Part shown: piece after piece, positions 44,900 through 59,093 of the stretch
Numbering within the stretch: position 1 is the first letter of the stretch
How the letters are laid out: each line of letters starts with the position of its first letter
From: an uncultured delta proteobacterium
GTDB taxonomy: Bacteria; Desulfobacterota; Desulfobacteria; Desulfobacterales; JAHEIW01
DNA length: 64,000 bases
Direction: 5' to 3'
NCBI GenBank assembly: GCA_963706575.1
Contig: CAVPNL010000018.1
Location: 128,001 to 192,000 of the forward strand
Made by a program: the position numbers and the translations under genes
Notes under the pieces: generated by a model
Told to the model about the DNA's origin: nothing
The model's input: the letters and a program-made list of their open reading frames with translations, nothing else
The model's database searches: none

Positions 44900-44992
44900 A
44901 TGGAAAATCTAATTTTTATCGGAATTGTATTCCTGGGGTTGGTTGCATTTCTGTGGATGGCTGCCGACCGCAGCCCGAAGCAGGATGAATAA
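44900..44992 (+). CDS. Putative 30-aa single-TM small protein
   Basis: MENLIFIGIVFLGLVAFLWMAADRSPKQDE*, starting about 2 nt after the predicted sigma-54 TSS. Confidence 0.55.
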   Translation: MENLIFIGIVFLGLVAFLWMAADRSPKQDE

Positions 44993-45070
44993 TGCGCTTT
45001 GCGCATGGTTCAGGGTTCTGGGTTCTAGGTTCAGAGGTTAGGGAACCCTGAACCTTTGAACCTTGACAGC

Positions 45071-46216
45071 CTAACGCCGTTTTGTCCCATCGTAACACAT
45101 ACTATCCGCCATCATAAAAAACATTCCCTTAAATTTCGGTGACATATCCTTAAACCGGAACCCCAAGGCCACGATTTTTTTCTTTTTCCATGAAAACTCG
45201 CGGCTCCAGACAATGTTGCCTGCCACTTTCAAAACAAGCTCTTCTTCCGGCAGACTCATTTCAATTTTGGCTTCCTTAATATTTTTTGAAATAGCTGAAA
45301 TGCTCTTGTATTTACCATCCAAAACTACACACAACCCTCCGATGGAAACATCCCGGGAATAACCGTCAATGATCAACGGCTCCTTCTGGTTAGCATTTGT
45401 AAAAATATGCAGGTTGATTTTTAAGGGCAGTTGATGCCGCCCCAGTTTTCGAACTTTCTTCTGCACACCATCATTACCGTTTTTTTTGCGGACCTTGTAC
45501 AGATCGATCAACCCCATCTCGATGTTGGGATGTTTTTCACAAATTTTTATGAGGTTGGATTTCGTTATCCTGACCAGTTCTGTCTGGGTGGATGTTTCAA
45601 TGTAGGATTTTGACCTGTTTTCTTCTTTAAAGGGGTAAACGTCTCCGAAGAACTGATTTTCGGTTAGAAAAAATGCCCTTTTGCGATAAAGCGAATCCTC
45701 TCCTTTTCTTAGCGGCACAAAAACGGTTTCTTTTAAATTGCCGGACACGACTAAGTACAAATCCGTTTCCTCGTCACCACTTTTTTTAATCATTTTGCCC
45801 GGCGATAGCTCCAAGCGTATCAGTTTGGACACAAAGGAGACCAGTTCCTGGTAGGTCAGACGCTGAAAAAATGTCTTCAATGGTGATTCATAATAGCTGC
45901 CTTTGTGCAGGAAGGAGTAAAAACGCTGTGCCTCCTGCGGTGTGGGAGGCTTGATTTTCCACTGGAGCATCTTTGAATCAATGGCTTGCAATATTTTACC
46001 GGCCTCGATGAACAGCTGTGCGGCTTTATCATAGGATTTAACAGCCTCTTCCGGTTGGTTGTTTTTGTCCAGCAGATTGGAATAAGCCTTCTGCAGAGCT
46101 GGATCATTGGGAAATATTTTAAGAATGCTATTAAACTCTTCGATGGATTTTATCGTTATAGATCCATCAACAATTTGCTCGGCAATGCTGATGTGACTGT
46201 TTAAATTCGTTTTCAT
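45071..46216 (-). CDS. TPR-like + cNMP-binding + PilZ domain protein
   Basis: LYLVVSG...FFGD...RS cNMP-type fold; RKLGR and DVSIGG PilZ motifs. Confidence 0.82.
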   Translation of the reverse strand: MKTNLNSHISIAEQIVDGSITIKSIEEFNSILKIFPNDPALQKAYSNLLDKNNQPEEAVKSYDKAAQLFIEAGKILQAIDSKMLQWKIKPPTPQEAQRFYSFLHKGSYYESPLKTFFQRLTYQELVSFVSKLIRLELSPGKMIKKSGDEETDLYLVVSGNLKETVFVPLRKGEDSLYRKRAFFLTENQFFGDVYPFKEENRSKSYIETSTQTELVRITKSNLIKICEKHPNIEMGLIDLYKVRKKNGNDGVQKKVRKLGRHQLPLKINLHIFTNANQKEPLIIDGYSRDVSIGGLCVVLDGKYKSISAISKNIKEAKIEMSLPEEELVLKVAGNIVWSREFSWKKKKIVALGFRFKDMSPKFKGMFFMMADSMCYDGTKRR

Positions 46217-46771
46217 GGTTTTTCCTAATTTGAACGATCTAATATAGAACGATTAAACATGAATCGCGGATAACCCAGGCTACGAATTGATTATCGGTAT
46301 TGCCGCAAAAAACTTAAGGCAATCTCATAACTTTTCGGCAGGTTATATTCAAGGTGTCAGTCACCCGGTCCAAAGGTTCAGCGTTCAGCGATCTGAGGTT
46401 CACGGCCTCAGGGATTTGTTAAATTTGTCTTATTTGTTTCATTGGTTGAATTGGTTGGCTTAAATCGAACCAATTGAACAAATTAAACCAATCAAACCAA
46501 TGGTACTAAAGAAACTGCCCCAAATACCTTTGGCCCTTGAACTCTGAACCTTGAACTTCTGAACCTTTGGATTAATATAACTGACTGAAAAAGCTAAAGT
46601 AATGTTAAAAATGACCGATATATTATCCTAGGTCGGGCGATTGAGTTGCTATCGGCAAACTTTTCTTATAAACTTAGATGTTACGTAGGTCCCGCGCATA
46701 AATCGGGGGCTCGCAATCATGCAGAACCGAATCATTTCCTCCCGGGGCATGTTGCTTTTGAAGGGGACAGC

Positions 46772-47186
46772 ATGGCTAGAACAAATCGGATCCGGAAAAA
46801 TACGGCCGGAGGCGCAGGTCTTTTTAGCGGTCTTATTATCCTCCTGGTGCTGGCGTGCGGCGCACAAACCGGCAATAGCAACAATAACAACCCTCAACTG
46901 GAACAAAAATCGTCTGAATCCGAAATCAAGCGCAGCGGCCAGACCGGAATTTCGCAGCTGGAAGATAAGCAGCAGCCGTATGTCCTGGATGAAGTTTTGG
47001 TTAAATTCAAACCCGGTTCCGATGCGGACACCATCGCGCGCATCCGGGCAGCCTTGAACCTGGAAACAATGCGCAAATTTTCAAGCCCGAATCTATTTTT
47101 AATGAAAATAACCGATGGCTCGCCCGTTGAAGCAGTTATCAAACAGTTGAAAACATATGAAGCCGTAAAATACGCCGAACCCAATT

Positions 47187-47209
<23 letters not shown>
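46772..47209 (+). CDS. Lipoprotein consisting of a stand-alone subtilase pro-domain
   Basis: Lipobox VLAC; YVLDEVLVKFK...VKYAEPNY aligns with the pro-domain of the next gene. Confidence 0.8.
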
Positions 47210-50843
<3,634 letters not shown>

Positions 50844-51033
50844 TACCGGTTCAAGGGTTCTGGGTTCAGGAGTTCTGGGTTCCCTTTTTGTGGATGGGTA
50901 TAATATAGGAGACCGTTTTATTGGTTTGATTGGTTTAATTAGTTCAATTAGTTTATTAACTGAACCAATCGAACAAATTAGACCAATTGAACTAATTAAA
51001 CAGGCCGCAGGCCTCCGGACCAACCAATTTAAC

Positions 51034-51352
51034 TAGAAGCTATCTCAAAAATATATTTAACACCCGATAGTAAAGTTCTAAAACTATAAAAGGTGCTTAT
51101 AACAATAAATGAGCTAAAATTAAAAATGATCTAAAATGCCTAAAATTAAGATTGCGCTCGCGCTGTGCCAGCGCTTACGCGGCGTGTACGCCAGGTGGTC
51201 GCTACATCTTTTATTATAAATAGGAAAGAATTCCTCAACTTTAGGCATTTTAGATCATTTTAGGCATTTTAGGCAATTCTAAATTTAGAGCACCGTGGGA
51301 ACTTTTTTTCTCTGTCTTCCAAGGTAAACTGCTAATTTTGAGATAGCTTCTA
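51034..51352. mobile_element. MITE with perfect 17-bp inverted ends including TA, inserted inside a 9-mer repeat arm
   Basis: TAGAAGCTATCTCAAAA / TTTTGAGATAGCTTCTA; excision leaving one TA restores the unit aactaatca. Confidence 0.88.
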
Positions 51353-51438
51353 ATCAAAGCAATGGAACCAATTAAACAGCTGATTGTAGTGAACCGTTGA
51401 ATAGCCAGAAGCCAAAAGACCGGCAACCAGTATCCGTA

Positions 51439-52833
51439 TTATTTATTCTTCCTCCAGCGGGAGTGCGTAATGCCGTGCTTTTTGATGCGGTAGTTTAATG
51501 CGCGGGGGGTCAGTCCGAGTTCTTTGGCGGCCTCTTTCTGAATCCACAGGTTTTTCTCCAGGGCCCGAAAGATGAGTTCCTTTTCTTCTTGATCTGAAAG
51601 CCTCAGCTGCTTGGCAGGGGGCGTTGCAGCCGGCCCCGGCAGTTCGTTGATCTTCGGAAGAGAAATATGCACCATTTCGATGGTCGGGCCGTCGGTCAGG
51701 AAAATCGCCCTTTCAATCGTGTTGGAGAGCTCGCGTATGTTTCCGGGCCAGGGATAGGTCTTAAACAAAACCAGGACTTCGGGAGATAGGGTGTCGACCT
51801 GCTTTTTTTCCGCCCGGGACAGGCGGCCTAACAGATAATATGCCAGCGGCTCGATGCATTCGATGCGCTCTCTGAGCGGCGGCATGTGGATTCGCAGTAC
51901 ATTAATACGGTAATACAGATCTTCACGGAATTTTCCGTCCCGAACCTGGGCTTCGATGTCGCGATTGGTGGCGGCGATGATCCGCGTATCCGCCTGAATG
52001 GTTTTGTTGTCGCCTAACCGCTCATAGGTTTTTTCTTCCAGCACCCGCAGCAGCTTTGCCTGCAAATCAAAACTAAGCTCGCAAAATTCATCCAAAAACA
52101 GCGTGCCGCGGTCGGCCTGTTCGAAGCGTCCGGCCCGCGTCTTATCCGCCCCGGTAAAGGCGCCTTTTTCGTGGCCGAAAAGCTCGCTTTCCAGCAATGT
52201 CTCGGGAATGTTGGCACAATTTATTTTGACAAACGGTTTGCCGCTGCGGGGACTGTTAAAGTGAACATGCCCGGAAATAAAACTTTTTCCGGTACCGGTT
52301 TCACCGGTCATTAAAATCGTTGCGTCCGATCGGGCCACCCGCTTGATAGTGGCCATGATCTCCTGCATAACCGGACTGACGGAGATGATGCGGTCCTGGT
52401 CGTACTCAACATCCTGCTGCCGCCTTAAATAATCGATTTCATTTTTCAGGCTAAGGTTTTCGATCGCCTGATGAACAGCGAGTCGAATTTTTTCGTCCAC
52501 AATCGGTCGGGTGATAAAATCCGTGGCGCCGGCCTTAATGACCCGAACGATCACTTCCGCATCCGTCACAGCACTGGTAACAATGATGGGCGTCAAAGGG
52601 GCAAGCTCTTGAAGGGTCTGGATGATATTTTCAAGATCAGCGCTTGCATCGCGCAGATCAAACAGGATTACACTAAAGATCTCTTTTTTCATGCGCCCGG
52701 CAGCCTCGGATACACTTGGGGCCGCGCTGATGCTGTAGCCGGCCGCCAGCGCATCCGCAAACCTGCGCGTCTCATCTTCAGCTTCACCGATGATCAGAAT
52801 GCGATCACTTTTTTCCAAGACGGGTCTGTTCAC
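51439..52833 (-). CDS. Sigma-54-dependent (NtrC-family) regulator with an atypical receiver domain
   Basis: GETGTGKS, GAFTGA, WPGNIREL and C-terminal HTH. Confidence 0.93.
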   Translation of the reverse strand: MNRPVLEKSDRILIIGEAEDETRRFADALAAGYSISAAPSVSEAAGRMKKEIFSVILFDLRDASADLENIIQTLQELAPLTPIIVTSAVTDAEVIVRVIKAGATDFITRPIVDEKIRLAVHQAIENLSLKNEIDYLRRQQDVEYDQDRIISVSPVMQEIMATIKRVARSDATILMTGETGTGKSFISGHVHFNSPRSGKPFVKINCANIPETLLESELFGHEKGAFTGADKTRAGRFEQADRGTLFLDEFCELSFDLQAKLLRVLEEKTYERLGDNKTIQADTRIIAATNRDIEAQVRDGKFREDLYYRINVLRIHMPPLRERIECIEPLAYYLLGRLSRAEKKQVDTLSPEVLVLFKTYPWPGNIRELSNTIERAIFLTDGPTIEMVHISLPKINELPGPAATPPAKQLRLSDQEEKELIFRALEKNLWIQKEAAKELGLTPRALNYRIKKHGITHSRWRKNK

Positions 52834-52864
52834 AACAATTCCTGTTGGTGGCTTTGATTGATCA

Positions 52865-53065
52865 AACTGTTTTATTGGTTTGATTGGTTTAATTAGTTCA
52901 ATTGGTTCGGCTGGAAGCCTGCGGCCGGTTTCATTTGTTCAATTGGTCTGATTTGCTCGATTGGTTCGCTTAATCACCCGATTCAAATTATTCAACAAAT
53001 TTAACCAATTAAACCAATTGAACCAATTGAACGATAGAGATTATCCAATTCAACTAATCCAACTC
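52865..53065. repeat. 9-mer shell; closely related copy at 56215-56345, others at 22986-23072, 42765-42875, 50915-51030 and 59092-59132
   Basis: Shared cctgcg..cggtttcatttgttcaatt.gtct...ttcaacaaatttaaccaat. Confidence 0.8.
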
Positions 53066-53066
53066 A

Positions 53067-54038
53067 TCAAACTATCTTCTGGTGCCAATTCCAGGCGGTG
53101 CCGATGATGTCATCCAGATCCGCATATTGCGGTTTCCAGCCCAGCTCTTTGACGGCTTTTTCATTGGATGCGATCAGCACCGGCGGGTCCCCCGGTCGGC
53201 GATCCGTATTTTCAGCGACAATTTCTTTTCCGGTTATCTTCTTTGCATGCTCGATGACCTCGAGCACCGAAAACCCCCGACCGTTTCCAAGGTTGTAAAC
53301 ATTACTGTCGACTCCGTCCATCAATTGTTCAAGCGCCAGGAGATGGGCCTGGGCCAGATCGGTCACATGAATGTAATCCCGAACACAGGTGCCGTCCGGT
53401 GTCTGATAATCCGTACCGAACACTTTGATGGCCGGGCGTTTTTTGGCGGCCGCATCGAGCACCAGCGGAATTAAATGGGTCTCGGGGTCATGATCCTCAC
53501 CGACTTCGGCATCCGGGTCTGCCCCCGCGGCATTAAAATAACGCAGGCTCATATAATTCAGGCCGTAAGCGGCATGATAGTCTGCCAGGATTTCTTCGAT
53601 CATGCGTTTGGTCCTGCCGTAAGGATTGATCGGGTTTTGCGGATGGTCTTCGTCAATGGGTATTTTTTCGGGATTGCCGTAAGTTGCACAGGTAGAGGAA
53701 AACACAATGGCGTTTACGTCATTTTCCATGGCGGTGTGCAGCAGTTGCATTGTGTTGCGGAGGTTATTTTCATAGTACTTTAAGGGGTTCTCCACCGATT
53801 CCCCGACATAGGCGTATGCCGCAAAGTGCATGATCGCATCGATTTTATGCCGGCTGAAGCATTTTTTTAAATGTGCCGGGTTGCCCGAATCGCCTTTAAA
53901 GAACTCGCCCCACCTGACAAAGTTTTTATGCCCGTAAACCAGATTGTCGATGGTTATGGGGTGAAACCCCTTTTTGGAAATCGCTTTGCAGCAGTGAGAA
54001 CCAATATAACCGGCCCCGCCGGTTACTAAAATGTTCAT
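53067..54038 (-). CDS. galE: UDP-glucose 4-epimerase
   Basis: GGAGYIGSH, YGRTK, LRYFNAAGA and RDYIHV. Confidence 0.95.
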   Translation of the reverse strand: MNILVTGGAGYIGSHCCKAISKKGFHPITIDNLVYGHKNFVRWGEFFKGDSGNPAHLKKCFSRHKIDAIMHFAAYAYVGESVENPLKYYENNLRNTMQLLHTAMENDVNAIVFSSTCATYGNPEKIPIDEDHPQNPINPYGRTKRMIEEILADYHAAYGLNYMSLRYFNAAGADPDAEVGEDHDPETHLIPLVLDAAAKKRPAIKVFGTDYQTPDGTCVRDYIHVTDLAQAHLLALEQLMDGVDSNVYNLGNGRGFSVLEVIEHAKKITGKEIVAENTDRRPGDPPVLIASNEKAVKELGWKPQYADLDDIIGTAWNWHQKIV

Positions 54039-54085
54039 AGCAGTGTCTCTACTCTGATGTCATTTATTGAATTTGTGAATTAATA

Positions 54086-54256
54086 ATCCGCAGATTACGC
54101 AGATTAACGCAGATTTAAAAAATTAATATTAAAAAATGCTCAATAAAAATACTACAGTGACAGCAATAGTTACGAATAGGCAAAAACCTGTGGGTAAATC
54201 TCTTTAAGTTTATTTGAATTATTAATAATCTGCGTTAATCTGCGTAATCTGCGGAT
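54086..54256. repeat. Inverted shell ATCCGCAGATTACGCAGATTAACGCAGATT / exact reverse complement
   Basis: About 30-bp perfect inverted arms around an AT-rich spacer. Confidence 0.88.
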
Positions 54257-54324
54257 GAATTTAACTTTTGAACCTCTCTGCGATCTCTGCGTCTCTGCGG
54301 TGAATAAACTTCAACAGTTACTTG

Positions 54325-56040
54325 CTATATAAAACCTTTTTTCTGCAACACGAGTATGATCTGGCGGGCGGCCTCATCCGGTGTCATATTGGTGGTATCG
54401 ATACGCACCTCACAATTTTCGGGCATTTCGTAAGGATCGTCGACGCCCGTGTAACCTTTGATCAAACCGGCCCTGGCCTTGGCATACATGCCTTTGCGAT
54501 CCCGTTTTTCACACTCTTCAATGGGTGTGGATACATGTACCTCGATAAAGCCCCCATAGCCTTCGATGGTTTTACGTATTTCCCGGCGGGTGAACGCATA
54601 GGGAGCAATCGGAGCGCAAACGGCAATTCCGCGGTTTTTGGTAATCTCGCTGGCAACAAAACCGATGCGCTGGACGTTAATATCCCGGTGCTCTTTTGAA
54701 AAGGTCAGTTCACTGGACAGGTTATGCCGCACGATGTCGCCGTCCAGCAGGGTAACGGGACGATCCCCCATTTCCAGGAAGCGCGCATAGAGCACTTTGG
54801 CAATGGTGGATTTTCCGGCACCCGAAAGGCCGGTCAGAAAAACGGTAAATCCCTGTTTGCGCGGCGGCGGATAAGCCTTTTGAAGTTCTTCGACAACTTC
54901 GGGAAAGGTGGCCCAGTCCGGTATTTTGCGGCCGGTGCGGATGCGCTCTCGAATATCCGAGCCGGAGAGAGAAATAAACTGCGTGCCCTCCGGCACCTGA
55001 TCGGCACAGCGGAATTCATCTTCAAACGGCAGATAGACCATCTCCGTAAAAGGCAGAATCGTCAAACCGACCTCATTGCTATATTCCTCTGTCAGTTTGC
55101 AGGCATCATCACTTTTATAATACGGATTGCCGTTGCAATCCAGACCCGGACCGGCATGATCACGGCCGGTGATAAAATGAGTGCAGCCATAATTTTTGGC
55201 AATGATGGCATGCAGCAGGGCTTCCCGCGGACCGGACATGCGCGTCGCCAGCGGTAACAGGTTCAGCATGAACGTATCCGGGGGATAGTGCTCTGCAACC
55301 CGCCGATAACATCGCACCCGGGTGAAGTGATCAAAATCGCCGGGCTTGGTCATACCGGCGATCGGAAGCAGTAAAAGATTGGCATTGGCATCGCGCATGG
55401 CATTCATGGTCATTTCAAACTGGGGGCGGTGAATCGGGTTGCGGGTCATAAATACCGCCATGCGCGTCCAGCCGAATTTTTTGAAATTCGAACGAATTTC
55501 AGCCGGGGTCATGCGCAGCTGCTTAAAATCCGAATGCAGCGGAGGGCTTAAGACTTCCAGATTGCCGCCGATGTAGTAATTGCCGGAACCGTTATATAAG
55601 TAAGCGGTCCCGGGGTGGGATTGATCGAGGGTGCCGTATACCAGCTGCGCTTCTTTCTTGCGCTCGATCGGCCAGATATCTTCAATGTGCATAACTGCAA
55701 GCAGATAGCCTTCCGGATCCCGCAGAGCGACCGATTGACCGGCTTCAAGGCTGCGAGCCTTAAGTTCATCCACATCCAGGCAAATTGGAATCGGCCACAG
55801 AATATCGTTCTGAAGCCGCATGCGATCTAAAACCGATTCGTAATCGGAGCGGGTCATAAAGCCTTTTAGCGGCGAAAAGGCGCCGGTCGCCATCAATTCC
55901 AGATCGCACATTTGCCGTTCGTTTAAGGTAATATCCGGCAAATTGAGGGCGATCTCCTTGAGCAGACGGGCGCGCTCTTCATCCACCAGCAGATCAACCA
56001 GTTCACTGCCGTGAGGCTTTACCCGGTTATTGGTATTCAT
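54325..56040 (-). CDS. sat/cysC: Bifunctional sulfate adenylyltransferase / adenylylsulfate kinase
   Basis: FSPLKGFM, TRNPIH, GPREA and GRDHAG, then GLSGAGKST and LLDGD. Confidence 0.93.
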   Translation of the reverse strand: MNTNNRVKPHGSELVDLLVDEERARLLKEIALNLPDITLNERQMCDLELMATGAFSPLKGFMTRSDYESVLDRMRLQNDILWPIPICLDVDELKARSLEAGQSVALRDPEGYLLAVMHIEDIWPIERKKEAQLVYGTLDQSHPGTAYLYNGSGNYYIGGNLEVLSPPLHSDFKQLRMTPAEIRSNFKKFGWTRMAVFMTRNPIHRPQFEMTMNAMRDANANLLLLPIAGMTKPGDFDHFTRVRCYRRVAEHYPPDTFMLNLLPLATRMSGPREALLHAIIAKNYGCTHFITGRDHAGPGLDCNGNPYYKSDDACKLTEEYSNEVGLTILPFTEMVYLPFEDEFRCADQVPEGTQFISLSGSDIRERIRTGRKIPDWATFPEVVEELQKAYPPPRKQGFTVFLTGLSGAGKSTIAKVLYARFLEMGDRPVTLLDGDIVRHNLSSELTFSKEHRDINVQRIGFVASEITKNRGIAVCAPIAPYAFTRREIRKTIEGYGGFIEVHVSTPIEECEKRDRKGMYAKARAGLIKGYTGVDDPYEMPENCEVRIDTTNMTPDEAARQIILVLQKKGFI

Positions 56041-56997
56041 TCTTAAGACCTCCAAATTAATTCAGATTCGACTTTTGGACGCGCTTATATAGGACTAAAT
56101 TCATCATCAGGGCAAGTATTGAAATCTCTTTGACCCTAATTTAGACTAATTAATAAGTATAACAAAAATCTTGTAATAAATACACCGTTTCTGGTTTTAG
56201 TTAGTGGCCAGAAGCCAGAAACCTGCGCTCGGTTTCATTTGTTCAATTTGTCTAATTGGTTCAATTAGTTCTTTTAATCAACCGATGCAACCTGTTCAAC
56301 AAATTTAACCAATAAAACCAATGAAACTAATTTAACAAATCAAATTGCTGAACCTTGAGCTTTTGAACCTCTGAACTCTGAACCGGGAAACTTTGGTAAA
56401 AAAGTTTTCCTAGATATATGGCAAAATGCAATGGGTCGGAGTCAAAAATTTTCCGAGTAACTATAACGTAATTCCGATCCCGATTCCGTAATTAAAATAA
56501 GCAAAGATTTGCAGGGCGGCTATAGTCAATAATGACTGTATTTTACTCCCCGGCTGTGCGTTGGACCGCGTCGGATAAAGAATGGTGTTGCGTAACCGGT
56601 TAACGCAAGTCCTTAATTGGAGGCAACTGGCTGAAATTGACTAGCTTAATTAAATCTGCAATACCGGCTGAATTCATTCTATTGCGAATAAAAGAGATTC
56701 AGTCCATAGAATGTGAGTTAGCTACGTGTTTTAAATCATACAGACTAGTTATACAAAATTATAATTTAGATCTATATGTATAGTAAAAGATTTCGAATAG
56801 AGAATTCATTTAAAAAATTTTTTCAAATTTTTTCAAAACACATTTTCGCCTAATCCCCTAAAATTTAAAAGCATTTTAATTCTCCTCAAATCTTCTTCTG
56901 ACCTGCTGGATCTCAGCGCAACTTTTACATTCAAGGTTGGCATCTGTTTTGCTGTATATAACGCGGTTGCAATAGCAACCGAAGAGCAATCTGTAAA

Positions 56998-57085
56998 GCT
57001 CGAAAAGGCAAACCACCTGAAAGGGTGGGACGCAAAGCCACTGGCCTTAAACCGGGGGGATGGAAAGGCAGCAGGGCTGCCGGGC
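56998..57085 (+). ncRNA. c-di-GMP-I (GEMM) riboswitch
   Basis: AAAAGGCAAACCACCT-GAAA-GGGTGGGACGCAAAGCCACTGGCCTTAA...GGCAGCAGGGCTGCC with P1 gctcg/cgggc. Confidence 0.9.
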
Positions 57086-57184
57086 GGGAACCCGTCGTCG
57101 CAAGAAGCTTTGACGCGGCGATGGGCAGCACTTCAGTTGGGTGCATCTCGGTCGGTTTTGGATGAATCTCAACGGAGGTGTGCA

Positions 57185-59093
57185 GTGAAAGGGTTGCGAA
57201 TCAATATAAATAAAATTTTAAGGTATTTTGGGTATTGTTCTCGTCAGTCAATATCTTCAACCGACTGGCTCAAGGCCCAAGGCGCAAGGCTCAAGGAAAA
57301 ATCCCTTCCTAAAATCCAATCTGCAGTAAAGAACACCTGTAAATCAAACCGTGGGCCGTGGGCCGTACGCCGTGTGCCGTTTATATTTTTAGCATGCTTT
57401 TTAAGCTATGGCGGCTTTCACCACAGCCGCGTATGCGGCGGCATCTGTCGAACTGCAATGGGACGCAAATACGGAACCCGAGCTGGCCGGCTATAAGATT
57501 TACTGGGGCACATCCAGCGGTAATTATATTTCCAGCAAGGATGTGGGTAAAACGACCAGCTACACCCTCACGGGACTAGAAGAGGGCAAGACCTATTATT
57601 TTGCCGCCACCGCTTATGACGGCAGCAATAATGAAAGCGGTTATTCCAATCAAATATCCTATACGGTGCCGTATAGCGACACAGACGGCGACGGCGTTCC
57701 GGATTATCAGGATGCCTTCCCTTCAAACCCGGCCGAGACCATTGATACTGACGGCGACGGCATCGGCAACAATGCCGATACAGATGACGACGGCGACGAA
57801 ATGCCGGATGCCTGGGAAAACCAATACGGCTTTAATCCGCTAATCGATGACGCCTCCGAGGACGAAGACGGCGACGGCCTCAGCAACCTGGATGAATACC
57901 GTGCGGGTACCGATCCGGTAGCTTCCCAGGACAACCTCGAACCGGATGCCCCCGGCCTTTCATCCCCGGCCAATCAGCAGGTAGTGGAGCTGACCCCTGT
58001 GCTTAAAACCGGTGCGTTCTTCGATCCCAATTCCGGTGATTTCCACTCCGCCACTCAGTGGCGGATTCACCGGCAATCCGACAGTGTCTGCGTCTTCGAT
58101 ATTACCAGTGAATATTCTCTGATCCAGCTGAATGTTCCCAAGCTGATTTTGGATGATGACGAAGACTATAGTTGGCAGGCCAGGCATTATGACAATCACG
58201 GTACACCATCTCCATGGTCTGCGAACAGGTCTTTTAGCACCCAGGTCGATCCCGACGATACCAACAGCAATGGAATACCTGATGAGCAGGAGGTAACAAC
58301 ACCTACAGATCTGGACGGAGACGGTAACTGGGATTCAGATCAAAATACAATTAAATGTGTCGTAACCGGCGAAAACCAATCCCTGGGCATCAGTTTTAAC
58401 GGCTCAAGCACGGTTGTCGGAATCGAATCCATCTCTGCCGAGAACGAAAACGGCACCAATACCTATGCCAGCGCGGCCAGCACCCCGAACTATTTCCCGT
58501 TTGGATTGATCAATTTTAAATTAATCATGGCTCAGCCCGGTGATCAGGCTGAAATCACCATCTATTTTTCCGAGCCGGCGCCGCAGGACGGTCGCTGGTT
58601 TAAATACGATCCCATCGAGGCCACCTGGACCGACTACAGCTCCCAGACCGATTTCAGCCAGGACCGGTACTCGATAACCCTGTACCTTGAAGATGGCGCA
58701 GATGGAGATGCCGACGGTATTGCAAACGGAATCATCGTCGATCCGTCCGGTGTCGGGTTTCGGCCTCCTCGATACGGTTCCAGTTCCAGCGCTTCCGAAG
58801 CAGTTGTCCGATGTGTCGCTGCCACCTGTTTTATCTCCACCGCGTCTTCCCCGAGTGGGGATGGGCAAAAACAGGCCAGCCCTGTCTGGAAGGTAATCCA
58901 CGGCCGGGAGCTGGCGTTTATGCTGGTGCTGTTGGTGGTGTTTAAGGGATTTACGATTGTGTTGAGGCGGGCCAAACAGCGGTGGGAAGAAATCCAGCGC
59001 CGCTACGAGATGTATCATCAGCACGCCACCCGTTTCACCGCAACGGGTCTCGTCAGTCCTAAAAAGGTGAAAAGGATTAAAAATCCTTTATAG
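57185..59093 (+). CDS. Secreted FN3 / TSP3-like repeat / choice-of-anchor-U-like protein with CFI-TM anchor; probable 1-nt insertion near 57403
   Basis: LQWDAN.EP.LAGY FN3, DTDGDG repeats, EDGADGDADGIANGIIVDPSG, TCFIST + TM. GGAGG-GTG at 57185 plus removal of one A restores the signal peptide RRVPFIFLACFLAMAAFTTAAYA. Main ORF is 57408-59093. Confidence 0.82.

Noticed and set aside
56400..56930. Hidden gene or RNA in the long AT-rich gap
   Set aside because: Only short imperfect palindromes (e.g. 56588-56608) and no ORF or fold I can support; probably promoter DNA
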